Of a stretch of DNA of 62,703 nt, positions 1-12,080 are shown piece by piece. The first letter of the stretch is position 1; each line of letters opens with the position of its first letter. A program made the translations under genes and the position numbers. The stretch covers positions 80,819,680 through 80,882,382 of the forward strand of contig NC_068983.1 of the NCBI RefSeq assembly GCF_001194135.2. The letters run 5' to 3'. This stretch comes from Octopus bimaculoides (Eukaryota). The notes beneath the pieces were generated by a model. The model had not been told where the DNA came from, did not search any database, and saw nothing but the letters and a program-made list of their open reading frames with translations.

Positions 1-120
1 TGTTCTTTCATTTAAAAATCATTTGTGAATGACACATGTGAAAATGACTGCATCGAGCTAACATGTTTGATTTCATTTCTGGTTCTTGTGCTAATATTAT
101 TTTGAAAAAAAAATAAATGA

Positions 121-366
121 GCTCTTTTTAAAGCCTAGCCAGGCTCATGGGCCCGGTTTCCCAGTTTCAATGGCGTATGCGTTCCCTAGCTGGACGGGAC
201 GCCAGTCCATCACAGCGTTACTCATTTTTGCCAGCTGAGTGGACTGGAGCAACGTGAAATGAAGTGCTTTGCTCAAGAACACAACGCATCACCTGATCCA
301 GGAATTGAAACCACAATCGTATGAACATGATGCTGACACCCTAACCACTCAGCCACGTGCCTCCAC
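121..366 (-). mobile_element. tRNA-derived CORE-type SINE (family A), full length
   Basis: Minus strand reads GTGGAGGCACGTGGCTGAGTGG (A box) ... GGTTTCAATTCC (B box), then CORE-like TTCTTGAGCAAAGCACTT...CCACTCAGCTGGCAAAAATGAG. A close copy lies at 22145-22389. Confidence 0.85.
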
Positions 367-722
367 ACTGATATTATTATAGATGTCAAAAACTCCATAC
401 AATCATAGTCATGAAATTGTGTTGCTGCTTAAGCAGTGATCTAAAATGATACTTTTAGGTAATATTTTTAATTAATACTTTTATTGGATGTTTTTAAAGA
501 CAATGAGTGTGTATGCTGATGTTCATTTTGTATACCCCTGTGCAGTAGTAGTTCTGCTGATAAACAGCCTGGGTTTCTTTTCTACTGGTATTAAGTCCTG
601 TAATTCATCACTTTAGGTTAATCAACAGATACACAAATGCACATGCATGTACACACACACACACACATACATGTATACACATTTCCACAATTTAATGACT
701 GAAACCAATAAAAGAGTAAAAA

Positions 723-768
<46 letters not shown>

Positions 769-774
769 TGATAG

Positions 775-963
775 TAGCATGTAAAGGCACCTATTACATC
801 CTCAGTGTGGTTATTGTTAGGAAGGGCATCCAGCCATAGAAACTATGCCAAATCAGACTGGAGTCTCGCGCAACCCCTCAGCTTGGTAGCCCTGGTGAAA
901 CCGTCCAACCCATCCCAGCATAGGCAACAGACATTAAATGATGATGATGATGATGATGATGAT
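775..963 (+). mobile_element. Old RTE-LINE-type 3' tail fragment with (GAT)n tail
   Basis: GTTAGGAAGGGCATCCAGC...CCAACCCAT...ACATTAAATGATGAT matches the 3' end of the young RTE copy at 50379-50907. Confidence 0.75.
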
Positions 964-984
964 ATATCTATATATATATAAAAA

Positions 985-1311
985 CCCTGCTTCAGTCATG
1001 AATGATCATGCATCTACAAAGTTCTCCTCTGAGGCACAAGTCTGGGCATGGTTGTTTGTAGAACACCAGCAGTTGCCCATGTATACCAGTCTCCACATTC
1101 CATGCCACTGATGTTGTCCAAGGGAAAGGCAAAGGCTGACACAGCTTGGCATCAGTGATGTCACAACAGATCTCTGCATCTGAGTGAACTGGAGCAATGT
1201 GAAATAAAATGTGTAGCTCAAGAACACAACACACAACCCAGTCTAGGAATCAAACACACAGCCTCACAATTGTAAGTCCAACACTCTAACCACTGAACCG
1301 TGCACCTTCAC
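985..1311 (-). mobile_element. tRNA-derived CORE-type SINE (long-body subfamily)
   Basis: tRNA-like head at the right end and CORE-like segment; body shared with the copy at 20098-20398. Confidence 0.75.
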
Positions 1312-1325
1312 TCATATTATAGTGT

Positions 1326-1369
<44 letters not shown>

Positions 1370-1371
<2 letters not shown>

Positions 1372-1533
1372 GCACAAGCGTGGCTGTGTGGTAAGAAGTT
1401 TGCACCCCAATCATGTAGTTCCAGGTTCAGTTCCACTTCAAGGCCTCCTGGGCAAGTGTCTTTTTCTATAGCCCTGGACTAACCAAAGCCTTGTGAGTAG
1501 AAATGGTAGACAGAAACTGAAAGAAGCACATCG
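1370..1533 (+). mobile_element. SINE family D head (tRNA head + CCTTGGGCAAGTGTCTT CORE-like box)
   Basis: GGCGTGGCTGTGTGGTAAGAAG...GGTTCAGTTCC...GGGCAAGTGTCTT...GAAACTGAAAGAAGC; more than 10 copies in the window. Its probable tail is at 2190-2402. Confidence 0.8.
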
Positions 1534-1679
1534 TACACACACACGCACACACACACACACACGTGTGTATATATGTCTGTATGTATGTACATATACATAC
1601 AAACAATATATGAGTATATGCATATATATGTACATGTATGTATATACGTTCATCCACATGTACATATAGATACATAACT

Positions 1680-1870
1680 GGGTACATGACGTGGCAAAAG
1701 AACAAGGACAAAAATGGTAAACAAGGTGCAACAAACAAGCAGGCCACATAGAAACATCCCCTTCATCAGCTGCCACCATTAAAACTCCGGCGTTTCGAAG
1801 AATTAAGGCAGTACGCATCGTTAAAATGGTTCTTCCCACGAACACAAATTAAATTGTTTTCGTGGAGGGT
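1680..1870 (-). mobile_element. Penelope-like terminal repeat remnant with degenerate hammerhead-like motif
   Basis: Minus strand has GAAACGCCGGAGTTTTAATGG and CTGATGAAGG, resembling the hammerhead region at 56195-56269. Truncated by an N gap. Confidence 0.45.
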
Positions 1871-2189
1871 NNNNNNNNNNNNNNNNNNNNNNNNNNNNNN
1901 NNNNNNNNNNNNNNNNNNNNNNNNNNNNNNNNNNNNNNNNNNNNNNNNNNNNNNNNNNNNNNNNNNNNNNNNNNNNNNNNNNNNNNNNNNNNNNNNNNNN
2001 NNNNNNNNNNNNNNNNNNNNNNNNNNNNNNNNNNNNNNNNNNNNNNNNNNNNNNNNNNNNNNNNNNNNNNNNNNNNNNNNNNNNNNNNNNNNNNNNNNNN
2101 NNNNNNNNNNNNNNNNNNNNNNNNNNNNNNNNNNNNNNNNNNNNNNNNNNNNNNNNNNNNNNNNNNNNNNNNNNNNNNNTATGTATATC

Positions 2190-2402
2190 TGTGTGTGTGT
2201 CTTTGTATTTGTGTTTATCCCTTTCACAACTGATTTTTTTATGTCCCTGTAACGTTAGCAATTTGGTAAAAGAGACTGATAGAATAAATCTCAGATTTAA
2301 AAATATTCTAAGTATTAGCATTGATTCATTTGATTAAAACTTTTCAAGATGGTGACCCAACAGGACTGCAGTCCAATGAGTGAAACAAATAGAACATAAA
2401 AG
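2190..2402 (+). mobile_element. SINE family D 3' half
   Basis: GTCCCTGTAACGTTAGC...AAAAGAGACTGATAGAATAA...GCAGTCCAATGAGTGAAACAA matches the second half of 6215-6625. Confidence 0.7.
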
Positions 2403-2438
2403 ATCTATCTGTCCGTCCGTCCGTCCGTCCGTCTGTCC

Positions 2439-2506
<68 letters not shown>
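2403..2506. repeat. Compound tetranucleotide microsatellite (GTCC)n(GTCT)n(ATCT)n
   Basis: Directly visible. Confidence 0.95.
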
Positions 2507-2507
<1 letters not shown>

Positions 2508-2614
2508 CATATACACTCATATATTATTGTTTTTATATTACAGTATACATGTGTGAGTGTGCTTCTGTAATTTTGTATATATATATGTATATATTATTGT
2601 GTCTTTTATTCTTT

Positions 2615-2800
2615 TATTCATTTCAGCGATTTGACTAGCCATGCTGGAGCACCACCTTTAATCGAACAAATCGACCACAGGGCTTATTGTTTGTAAGCCT
2701 AGTACTTATTCTATCGGTCCCTTTTGCTGAACCACTATGTTACAGGGACATAAACACACCAACACTGGTTGTCAAGCAATGGTGGAGGACCAAACACAGA
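2615..2800 (-). mobile_element. SINE family D 3' half
   Basis: CATGCTGGAGCACC...CTAGTACTTATTCTATCGGTC...AAACACACCAACACTGGTTGTCAAGC; reverse complement of the family D tail. Confidence 0.8.
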
Positions 2801-2829
2801 TACACAAACGCACACACACACACACACAT

Positions 2830-2907
<78 letters not shown>

Positions 2908-4199
2908 CAAATAAATCATCTATATCAAATTCTATAAATTAGATAAGGAATATAAACTTAATGTAAAAGTTTGCAAAAGAATTACAAGTAATTGGACTTA
3001 TTCTAGTTTCAAAATATGTAATAGACATTACTATTATCTTACAACTTATAATAAACTTGCTGACCCGGTGCCTTGTCTAAACAACTTAGTGAACTGATGT
3101 ACATAGACTTAGGCGTGTGTCTTGAATTCACAACATAAAAATCTGTAGCAGGCTTGAACTCTGGATGTATGAGTTAGTGGTTTAATACTTTTTCACTTGG
3201 TTATTTTGAGGTGTTAAGCCTATATCTGACATAATTTCCTATAAACTTTTCCATTCTTTTCATGAGTTGTTCTGGCAAATATCTGATGCCAAACAAAACA
3301 GAATTGCCTTTTCTTCCTGAATAGTTCAATGACTTTGATTTTTCTTGACTAGCATGAGACCACTTTTTGCTTTGCTGCCAATTGAACAGGACAGGAAAAT
3401 GTTAGTGTCTTTCTTTAAGATACAGCGCAGTCTGTTATTAAAAACTGACGACATGTATTATGTTACATAAAGGGTGTGATATTATTTTCTGAGTTTGGTT
3501 CAAAAACAAGGATTACAAAATGAATATATATACATACAAATAAATAAAAATAACTTCTGTAAAAATAACTTCTGTAATAACTGTATAAAGAATCTAATGA
3601 AACAAGGGTCCCATTCAGTAAAAAAAAATAATGAAAATCTTACTTTTATGAAATGTTACTTATAAAGGTAAATATGAAACCTGATATTTCTTTTTATACA
3701 AACAGGTTAGAAAAATGCACCACTTTTTAAAAAAAGGATTGACTTTTAGGATTAAATAAGTTTTTGTCATCAGTCTTGGATTAAATATAACAATTTTTTT
3801 TTTTTTGTTTAAGAATCTTTTGTATAGTCACAAAAAATTGAAATAGACGAACTTATACANNNNNNNNNNNNNNNNNNNNNNNNNNNNNNNNNNNNNNNNN
3901 NNNNNNNNNNNNNNNNNNNNNNNNNNNNNNNNNNNNNNNNNNNNNNNNNNNNNNNNNNNNNNNNNNNNNNNNNNNNNNNNNNNNNNNNNNNNNNNNNNNN
4001 NNNNNNNNNNNNNNNNNNNNNNNNNNNNNNNNNNNNNNNNNNNNNNNNNNNNNNNNNNNNNNNNNNNNNNNNNNNNNNNNNNNNNNNNNNNNNNNNNNNN
4101 NNNNNNNNNNNNNNNNNNNNNNNNNNNNNNNNNNNNNNNNNNNNNNNNNNNNNNNNNNNNNNNNNNNNNNNNNNNNNNNNNNNNNNNNNNNNNNNNNNN

Positions 4200-4247
<48 letters not shown>

Positions 4248-4750
4248 GTACATACATACATACACCTCAATCATACACACACATATATATATATATATAC
4301 ACACACATGCTCCCCCGCCAAGTAATGATATATTCTGTATCATTCATACACTCTCTCATACACACATGATAGAATAGAAATAAATTCACTTACAATCCTA
4401 TTCTAGTCAAAAACACATCTACAAATATATAGATGAAAGAGTAAATGCATAATAAATGTATTCGTTTCCTCTCTTACAGATGAATGCATGAAACTCTCTC
4501 TTTCTCTTTCTCTCTTACCTTTCTTCCTTTCTACATACTTCTCAAACTAGAGCTCTCTTTTTTTTCCCACTTTGACTCTTTCACTCTCTCTATCTCTCAC
4601 TCACACATGTATGCACACACATGCAAATGCATGTGCACACAAGCACACACACACACACACACAAATGCCTGCACAGACATGCACACACATAAAAATTATA
4701 GTTGAAAAGCAAATATATATCTCTCTTTCTCTCTGTCTTTTTCAAATTCT

Positions 4751-4782
<32 letters not shown>

Positions 4783-4982
4783 ACATACAAACACACACAC
4801 ACACACACACACATAAACACAGACACACACACACATAAACACAGACACACACACACATAACTGAGTGAGTGAATATGTTCTAACACAATGTTTCTATTCC
4901 TCACTCATAACATGAGTGAGTAAATCTATGTATTCTTTCTCATATGAACAAAAACATACATACAGACGAATAACTGCATGGC

Positions 4983-5021
<39 letters not shown>

Positions 5022-5717
5022 CTTCTCCAGTTCTCACATACACACACACATAAATGCATATAAATATGCAAGTATGTATTCATAAAAAATATATATATTC
5101 ATCCCTACAACATAGAAATATCTTTGCTTTCTTTCCCAAGGGATACATTTCTAATAGTAGCCATCCTCTTCCCACCAGTCGTTCCCTTACATTTGTATAA
5201 GCACATTTGTTTACTGCATGCTCTATGTATCTAATTCATGAATGACTACTTTGAATTTCATTTCTCTGTTTGCAAGTAAAATTCATTGAATTTTTCTGTT
5301 TAATGAATAATCAATATTTATTTCTTTATGGAATTTTTAGTCTTCACTGAAGTGCTACAGCTCATTTCCCTTTTTCCTATCCCTCAGAAATGTATAGGAT
5401 GTCAGAATTATTTATTGGAAAGCTATAACAGTGGTGAAACCTGGGTTAATGTATCAAATCAAAATTTCCTGATATGAGATAAATCAATTCAAAGATTTTC
5501 ATATTCTACAAAACAAAGATAATAGCACCATTTCAAGAGAGAAAATGAAATATATTCAAACATCAGCCAGCTTCTTTCTATTCTAAGTTGCAAACCCTTT
5601 TGTTTATGTTAACATCTTTATAAAAATTGACTGAATTTCTCTGCATCTTTTGGAAATAAAAATAATTTTAGACTATTGGTTCTTCAGGAAAATATTTAAT
5701 ATTTTTGTTATACAAAG

Positions 5718-5780
5718 AAAATCCTACAGTGGCAAACCATGGAGACTTCCAACAGAAAACAACTTCCTCCTATTTTACAG
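5718..5780 (+). CDS. Candidate 63-nt phase 1-1 exon, (E)NPTVANHGDFQQKTTSSYFT, gene unknown
   Basis: ttttgttatacaaag acceptor, CAG/gtagat donor, open frame, length a multiple of 3. No homology recognised, could be chance. Confidence 0.2.
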
Positions 5781-6214
5781 GTAGATATTAATCAGCACAA
5801 TTACATGAACCATAAATTTTCTTTTATAACTTAAATGTTCTACAAAAAAATAAATAAAGTAATTCAATTGAAAATATATAAAATGTTTTACTTGGGCAAA
5901 AAGCCAATCTTTTGTCAAGGGAGTCAGTATTGATTGAGTAACCTACAGTATATCGGCTGTAATTTATTTTATTGATCTTAGCAGGATGAAGAGTAAAGCT
6001 TGAACTAAGAAAGCAGAGAGACAAAATTAAATACTGTAATACACTTAAATCTTTTGAAAGTATATTCAATTAAACTGACCCCAGTACTTGACTGGTACTT
6101 TATTTTATTGACCCCGGGAAAATGGAAATAAATTTGTTTGGTAAACAAAATTTTAATAAAGTAAATACATTTTATTTCCATTTTATTTCCATTGATAGAA
6201 CTTTAGACAAAGAT

Positions 6215-6625
6215 TGCAGGCATGGTTATGTGGTAAAAAGATTGCTTACCAACCACACAGTTCTGGGTTCAGTCCCACTGTGTGGCACCTTGGGCAAGTG
6301 TCTTCAACTATAGCCTAGGGCTGACCAAAGCCTTGTGAGTAGATTTAGTAGACAGAAACTGAAATAAGCCTATCATATATATATATGTTTATATCTATGT
6401 GTGTGTATTTGTGTCTGTGTTTGTCCTCCCATCACTGCTTGGCAACCGGTATTGGTGTGTTTACATCCTTGTAAATTAGCAGTCCGTCAAAAGAGACTGA
6501 AAGAATAAGTACTAGGCTTTAAAAAAAAGTTTTGGGGTCAATTTGTTTGATGAAAACCCTTCAAGGCAATGCTCCTGCATGGCTACTGTCAAATGACTGA
6601 AACAAGTAAAAAGAATAAAAAAGAA
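6215..6625 (+). mobile_element. SINE family D, full length with short internal microsatellite
   Basis: tRNA-like head, CCTTGGGCAAGTGTCTT, internal (TA/TG) tract, 3' half ending GACTGAAACAAGTAAAAAGAATA. Confidence 0.85.
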
Positions 6626-7469
6626 TATATATTTTTTTATGTAAGATACTAATATACTTACAGGGTTTTTGCTTTGTTTCTTTTTTTAACTATGAAGACA
6701 TGAGTTTCAAATCTCTACTTTTATTCTACAAATATTGAAAGTTTCATGTTGATATATAAGAAAATGTTTTTTTGTGAAGCAATGTGAAAAGCAGAACAAT
6801 ATTGATGTGAATTTCTGATGAGTCAGGTTTATGATTCATGAAGATCACATATCTTCATTTTCTTTCTCCTTTAAAATCTTTTATGTTTTGTTCCTTTAAA
6901 GGAAAATTTTTGATGTGATAACTATGAGTTCAAATTTTGTCAATTTATATGCTTCTGATACCAGTAAAATAAGTTGCAATAAACAAAGACAAATAAAGTT
7001 ATCAATAATATAAATATTTTTCAATTATTTTACTCTTGGGGAAACCTTGAAATTATATTCTATCTCTTAGGGAATCCCTGTATGAAAGTATTACATATGT
7101 TTATTAATCTATTTCTTTCTCTTACATAAAGTCTGGTTTCTTTAGAGATTAAAAAAATCATAAAACTGTCTTTGAAAGCTGCCACAAAGAAAATTTATGA
7201 AATTTTATCTTAAACAATATCTTATTTAAACTAAATTCCCTTACAAATCCTTAGTTGAGGTCATTTTGCCACATTTTGCCACTACTTATAGATTCCAGTA
7301 CTTTGAATATGTCAGGCATGTATACTAGAATTACAAATACAGAAGTAAACACAAAAAAAGATCCAAGGGTGCTTGTGTTTATTATGAGTCCATCACTGCT
7401 TCTTGCACAACCCTAGGTGGCCTCTCACAGAAAACCCAAGGGTTCCAGCAAAACTTGGGACATGCTGAT

Positions 7470-7672
7470 ATAAATAATGGTTTCAAATTGTAGCACAAGG
7501 ACAGCAGTTTTGTGGGGAGGGGGAAAGACTGGGTCGTTTCTATTGACCCCAATGCTCAAATGGTACTTATTTCATTGACCCCAAAAGGATGAAATGCAAA
7601 GTCAGCCTCAGTTGAATTTGAACTCAGCATTTTACCCAGTATGCTAATGATTCTACCAGCTTGCTACCTTTA
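7470..7672 (-). mobile_element. SINE family C, degraded
   Basis: ATTGACCCC...GGATGAAATGCAAAGTC...GAATTTGAACTCAG...CCAGCTTGCTACCTT matches 11122-11353. Confidence 0.7.
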
Positions 7673-8424
7673 TGCCAATATAAATAATTCTATAAGTTAT
7701 GATGAAGCTGCATTCCTGCTGAAGAGCTTCAACTAAGGTGGACAAAAATAATATTGGTAATCAAATAATATATTTATCTTACTGCATATGAGAATGAAAA
7801 TACTTTGGGTATTTAATGCTCTTCTTATTAAAGTTGCTTTCAAACACTTACCTATTAATAATATTAATCCATTTTAATTAACCTATGTCTACTTGATACA
7901 GAATCATAATGATTAGCATTTTAGTTAATCAGTAGTATTTTAATTAATATTCCATTTTTTTAAATATTTGATGAGTGAAGGAAGAGTAGATGACATGTCC
8001 CTTTATTTTTTCAGGGACTCTAAGATCCTTAGATTAATCTTGGCAACATTCATTACTGTATTGCATTAATGAGGTTAAATCAGCATATTTGATCATTCTA
8101 TGCAGTTGTTATAGTTATTTAACTCCAGAAAAACTTTGTCTGAGCAGACACATAATAGAAGACATTCCTTCTGTTATACATTGCACATCTAGGTTTGCAT
8201 TATCTTATGTGTTACCCTCTTTCCTAGATTGACAAGTATAATTTAAGGGTGACTTGGTTGCTATTTCAAGCTGTTAACAATCATAAAAAGGCCCTTCTGT
8301 GCAACATTTCATGCTATAAAATCCCACTTTTTACCAAGAATCTCATCGAATTTTCTTTCTTATAATTATTTCTTTATTAATTTTGCTTGCAGTTCACACA
8401 ATTTTAGCACAATGCTATAATATT

Positions 8425-8650
8425 GATTTCTAGTATTGGTGCATGGGTCACATATTTCAGAGGAGCATGCAGTCAATTATATTGTTCCTGCTACTTGACT
8501 GGTCTTTGTACTTTATTAAGTCTGAAAGAATAAAGAAAACGAAAATGTTTCTGTGGAGATTTGAACTCAGAATGTAATGGGCAATAATGAAATACTGCAA
8601 GAAATTCTGTCCAGAGCTCTACCAATTTTGCCAATCTGCTGGCCTTATGT
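8425..8650 (-). mobile_element. SINE family C, degraded
   Basis: GATTTGAACTCAGAATG...GAAATACTGC...TTTTGCCAATCTGC homologous to 11122-11353. Confidence 0.6.
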
Positions 8651-8688
8651 TAGGCATATTAAATGTATCAATATTCTCAAGCTTCTAT

Positions 8689-8930
8689 GTGGAGGTGTAT
8701 GGCTTACTGGTTAGGGTGTTGGACTCATGATTGTAAGACTGTGGTTTCAATTCCTGTACCAGGTGATGTATTGTGTTCTTGAGCAAAACACTTTCTTTCA
8801 TGTTGCTTCAGTCCCCTCAGCTGGCAAAAATGAATAATCCTGCAATGGACCAGTCTCCTGTCCAGTAGGTAATATATGTACCCCAGAAACTGAGAAAATA
8901 GCCCTGAGTCTATATGCCCTGAGAAGGACC
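8689..8930 (+). mobile_element. CORE-type SINE family A
   Basis: GTGGAGGTGTATGGCTTACTGGTTAGGG...GGTTTCAATTCC...TTCTTGAGCAAAACACTT...CTCAGCTGGCAAAAATGA. Confidence 0.8.
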
Positions 8931-9126
8931 TCTGTCCTTTATCTTATCATAAACTTCAGCCTGAGGGGCTCAGTAAACTACTCTGCCAATATATAAGGTT
9001 TTGAATATCATTTTGTAAGGCTTAACATAATTCCTTAATGAGCAAGAGATGTTTATTTCAAATGATTCAACTAATGAATATTAGATCTTTTCCTCTCTAA
9101 GTACATACACATATACACATACATGT

Positions 9127-9167
<41 letters not shown>

Positions 9168-10697
9168 CATGCTACATACACTCATACATACATTCATATG
9201 CAAGCACACACATAGACATGTATATACATGTATACATTAACATGTATATTCATATATACATGCTACATACATATATACACACACATAAACATTCTCAAAT
9301 GTACACAGAATAGAAGAGTTGCTCCAGGATGATTCAAGAATGCCAAGGGCATTGTATGAGATATCTGAATCAATAAAAGAAAAGTGTTGAAATTCTTTTA
9401 CTAATTGGATGCTTTACAGGTAAGCTAATACCTGCTACTCAAAGCTGAATAAAGTAAATTATATATTTAAAAGGAAAAAAATATTGTTGGACATAGAAAT
9501 GGTAAATTAAATTTAATCTTTCAATACACAACATGATTAAGTTCTTTCAGAAATAATAAATGAATTTAAGCAAAAAAAAAAAATATCTATCAATAAAAAA
9601 GATCATAATGCAAATCAACAAATTTAAAATGAGCAAAAAAGCTTTATCTAAATTATAAATAAAAATAAAATGGTTTGAGAAACCTTGAAGGAAAAGTATA
9701 ATCAAGAAATGAGAATGTCAATAGATGTTTATGAAAGAGGAATAGTCAAATGAACTTATAAATCTATCAGAACTTTTAACTCTTTAATGATCATATTTTT
9801 TCTATGAAGGAAGAAATTCTTTGCATCAAATAAAATGTGATAAAATTTGAAGTATTTTATGCATTATATTCCGTTTTCTTTCAATGTTGTTTGTGTGTGT
9901 TTACATAAATGTATGTCTGCCTTTTGGGATGCATGAGAAAAAAAAAAAAAAAGAAGAGAAAAGAAAAGAAAAAGGAAAACAAATTACTGATGGCTTTTAT
10001 TAGTTGAGAATGGAACAGCTTTTACTTGTTTAATTCTTCCAGAACTGAATATATCAATATCAGAAATTAGGTGTACATCAACTAATAGGAATGTATTGAG
10101 CTAATATACACTCCCATTTCTCTATGGCTTTCAAACAAAACTCACAAGCATATTCACTTCTATAGGTTTCCATATATATATATATGTGTGTGTGTGTGTG
10201 TATGTGTGTGTGCACGTGTGCATGCGTATGTGTGTATGCATGCATATGTGTGTATATAGATAATACAATGAGTAAGTATAATTCAATGTGAAGGTATGGG
10301 TGCTTTTAGAATATGATCCTTTGAAATCTAAAATTAGTCACTTTATTTAATGAAAAATCAAAATGTTTATAAATCATCAATTAACTTAATCTAAGAAAAT
10401 GTAAAGAAAATAATTTAAGAAAAAAACACCAAAGATCTTCAAAAACTGTCTTCATATTTTCTACATTTTTTAAATCTTAATATTAATGCCATGAGAAAAT
10501 GTTCTTTTGTTAGATGACAGATTTAGGTCATGTCATGGCATATAAATTTTACTTTATTTACCCTTACTTTTATTCTTCTGCAATTTTACTCTCATCATGT
10601 TATATGTCATTTAAATTCAGGTCACTTTTTAAATTTTTGTGATAGTGTCTCATCTTTATTCATTTCTAAAAACAATTATTTGATTTTAACATGATAG

Positions 10698-10751
10698 ATA
10701 TTGTCACCAATGACCATAAAAGAGAAACAATTTCAGTTGATGGTCGTCATC
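10698..10751 (+). CDS. Candidate 54-nt phase 1-1 exon, (D)IVTNDHKRETISVDGRH, gene unknown
   Basis: tgattttaacatgatag acceptor, C/gtatgc donor, open frame, locally higher GC than the flanks. No homology recognised. Confidence 0.22.
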
Positions 10752-11121
10752 GTATGCTATAGAAATAGAATAATTAGACTCAAAAATCAAATTATTGAAA
10801 CAGCAATTTATATTATTTGAACCACGGCAATTTTTATAGTTTTTTTAATTTTTATTTTTGTTATTTAATTAGCCTTCAATCTACTGGTAACTCCCATTAT
10901 CAAGTTTATCAGTTACACTGTATTAGGACCACCTTTCTCTATTAATTTATCTTGGAATGTTAGGTTAAGGATAGTTTTCAATATAAGAATTGCCTTATAG
11001 CTTCATTAATCCAACAAATAGTAGGATATATTTATTATCATCATTTATCAGAATTGTTGAGCATGCATGTGAACATATAATATACATTTTGGCACTTCAA
11101 ATGTTGCTCCCTGTATATTCT

Positions 11122-11353
11122 TATTTCTTTATTGCCCACAAGGGGCTAAACATAGAGGGGACAAACAAGGACAGACAAAGGGATTAAGTCGATTACATCG
11201 ACCCCACTGCGTAACTGCTTCTTAATTTATCGACCACGAAAGGATGAAAGGCAAAGTCGACCTCGGCGGAATTTGAACTCAGAACGTAAAGACACGAAAT
11301 ACCGTTAAGCATTTCGCCCGGCCTGCTCACGTTTCTGCCAGCTCGCCGCCTTT
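11122..11353 (-). mobile_element. SINE family C, full length, young, with 17-bp target-site duplication
   Basis: Minus strand begins AAGGCGGCGAGCTGGCAGAAAC with B box GAGTTCAAATTCC and retains CpGs. TGCTCCCTGTATATTCT is repeated at 11105-11121 and 11359-11375. Confidence 0.9.
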
Positions 11354-11486
11354 AGGTATGCTCCCTGTATATTCTGTAAAGTATTTTATGAGACAGCAAA
11401 AAATGATTAGATTGAGAAAAATGAAGGCTAATAAGGACAGTAACTGTATTTTAGGGAGTTGTTATTTCAAAATATATAAAATAAAA

Positions 11487-11838
11487 GTGTGGCGGTGCAA
11501 TGGCCCAGTGGTTAGGGCAGTGGACTCGCAGTCATAGGATTGCGATTTCGATTCCCAGACCAGGCGTTGTGAGTGTTTATTGTGCGAAAACACCTAAAGC
11601 TCCACAAGGCTCCAGCAGGGGATGGTGGTGAACCCTGCTGTACTCTTTCACCACAACTTTCTCTTACTTCCTGTTTCTGTTGTGCCTATAATTCAAAGGG
11701 TCAGCCTTGTCACGCTGAATGTCCCTGAGAACTACGTTAAGGGTACACGTGTCTGTGGAGTGCTCAGCCACTTGCACATTAATTTCACGAGCAAGCTGTT
11801 CCATTGATCGGATCAACTGAAACCCTCGACGTCGTAAG
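11487..11838 (+). mobile_element. tRNA-derived SINE family B (TCG anticodon-like, OR-type)
   Basis: TGGCCCAGTGGTTAGGGCAGTGGACTCGCAG...GATTTCGATTCCC; near-identical body at 53040-53367. Confidence 0.85.
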
Positions 11839-11861
11839 TAATTTTGTGGTATCATTTTTAT

Positions 11862-12080
11862 CTCTTACTAGTTTTAGTCATTAGAGTGCAGCCATGCTGG
11901 GGCACCACCTTGAATTTTTAGTTGAATGTATCAACTTTTAGTCGAATGTATCAACTTCAGTATTTATTTTTAAAGTCTGGGGCATATTCTATTGGTCACT
12001 TTTGCTGAACTGCTAAGTTATGGGGACATAAACACACCAGTACCAGTTGTCAAGCAGTAGTGTGTGTGGTGGGGGGAACA
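11862..12080 (-). mobile_element. SINE family D 3' half
   Basis: GCCATGCTGGGGCACC...CTGCTAAGTTATGGGGACATAAACACACC. Confidence 0.75.

Noticed and set aside
5388-5478. Asp-box-like SYNSGETW after a good acceptor
   Set aside because: The frame closes at a stop with no credible donor; a single short motif is not enough.
6815-6850. CTGATGA-GTCA..TGAT motif (similar partial hits at 18018, 36277 and 46607)
   Set aside because: No correctly placed GAAA or stems.
9314-9419. Exon-like segment ending CAG/gtaagc
   Set aside because: Stops in all frames from the plausible acceptor; at most a non-coding exon.
11487-11560. tRNA-like sequence with A/B boxes and TCG anticodon-like loop
   Set aside because: Head of a SINE continuing into a SINE body, not a tRNA gene.
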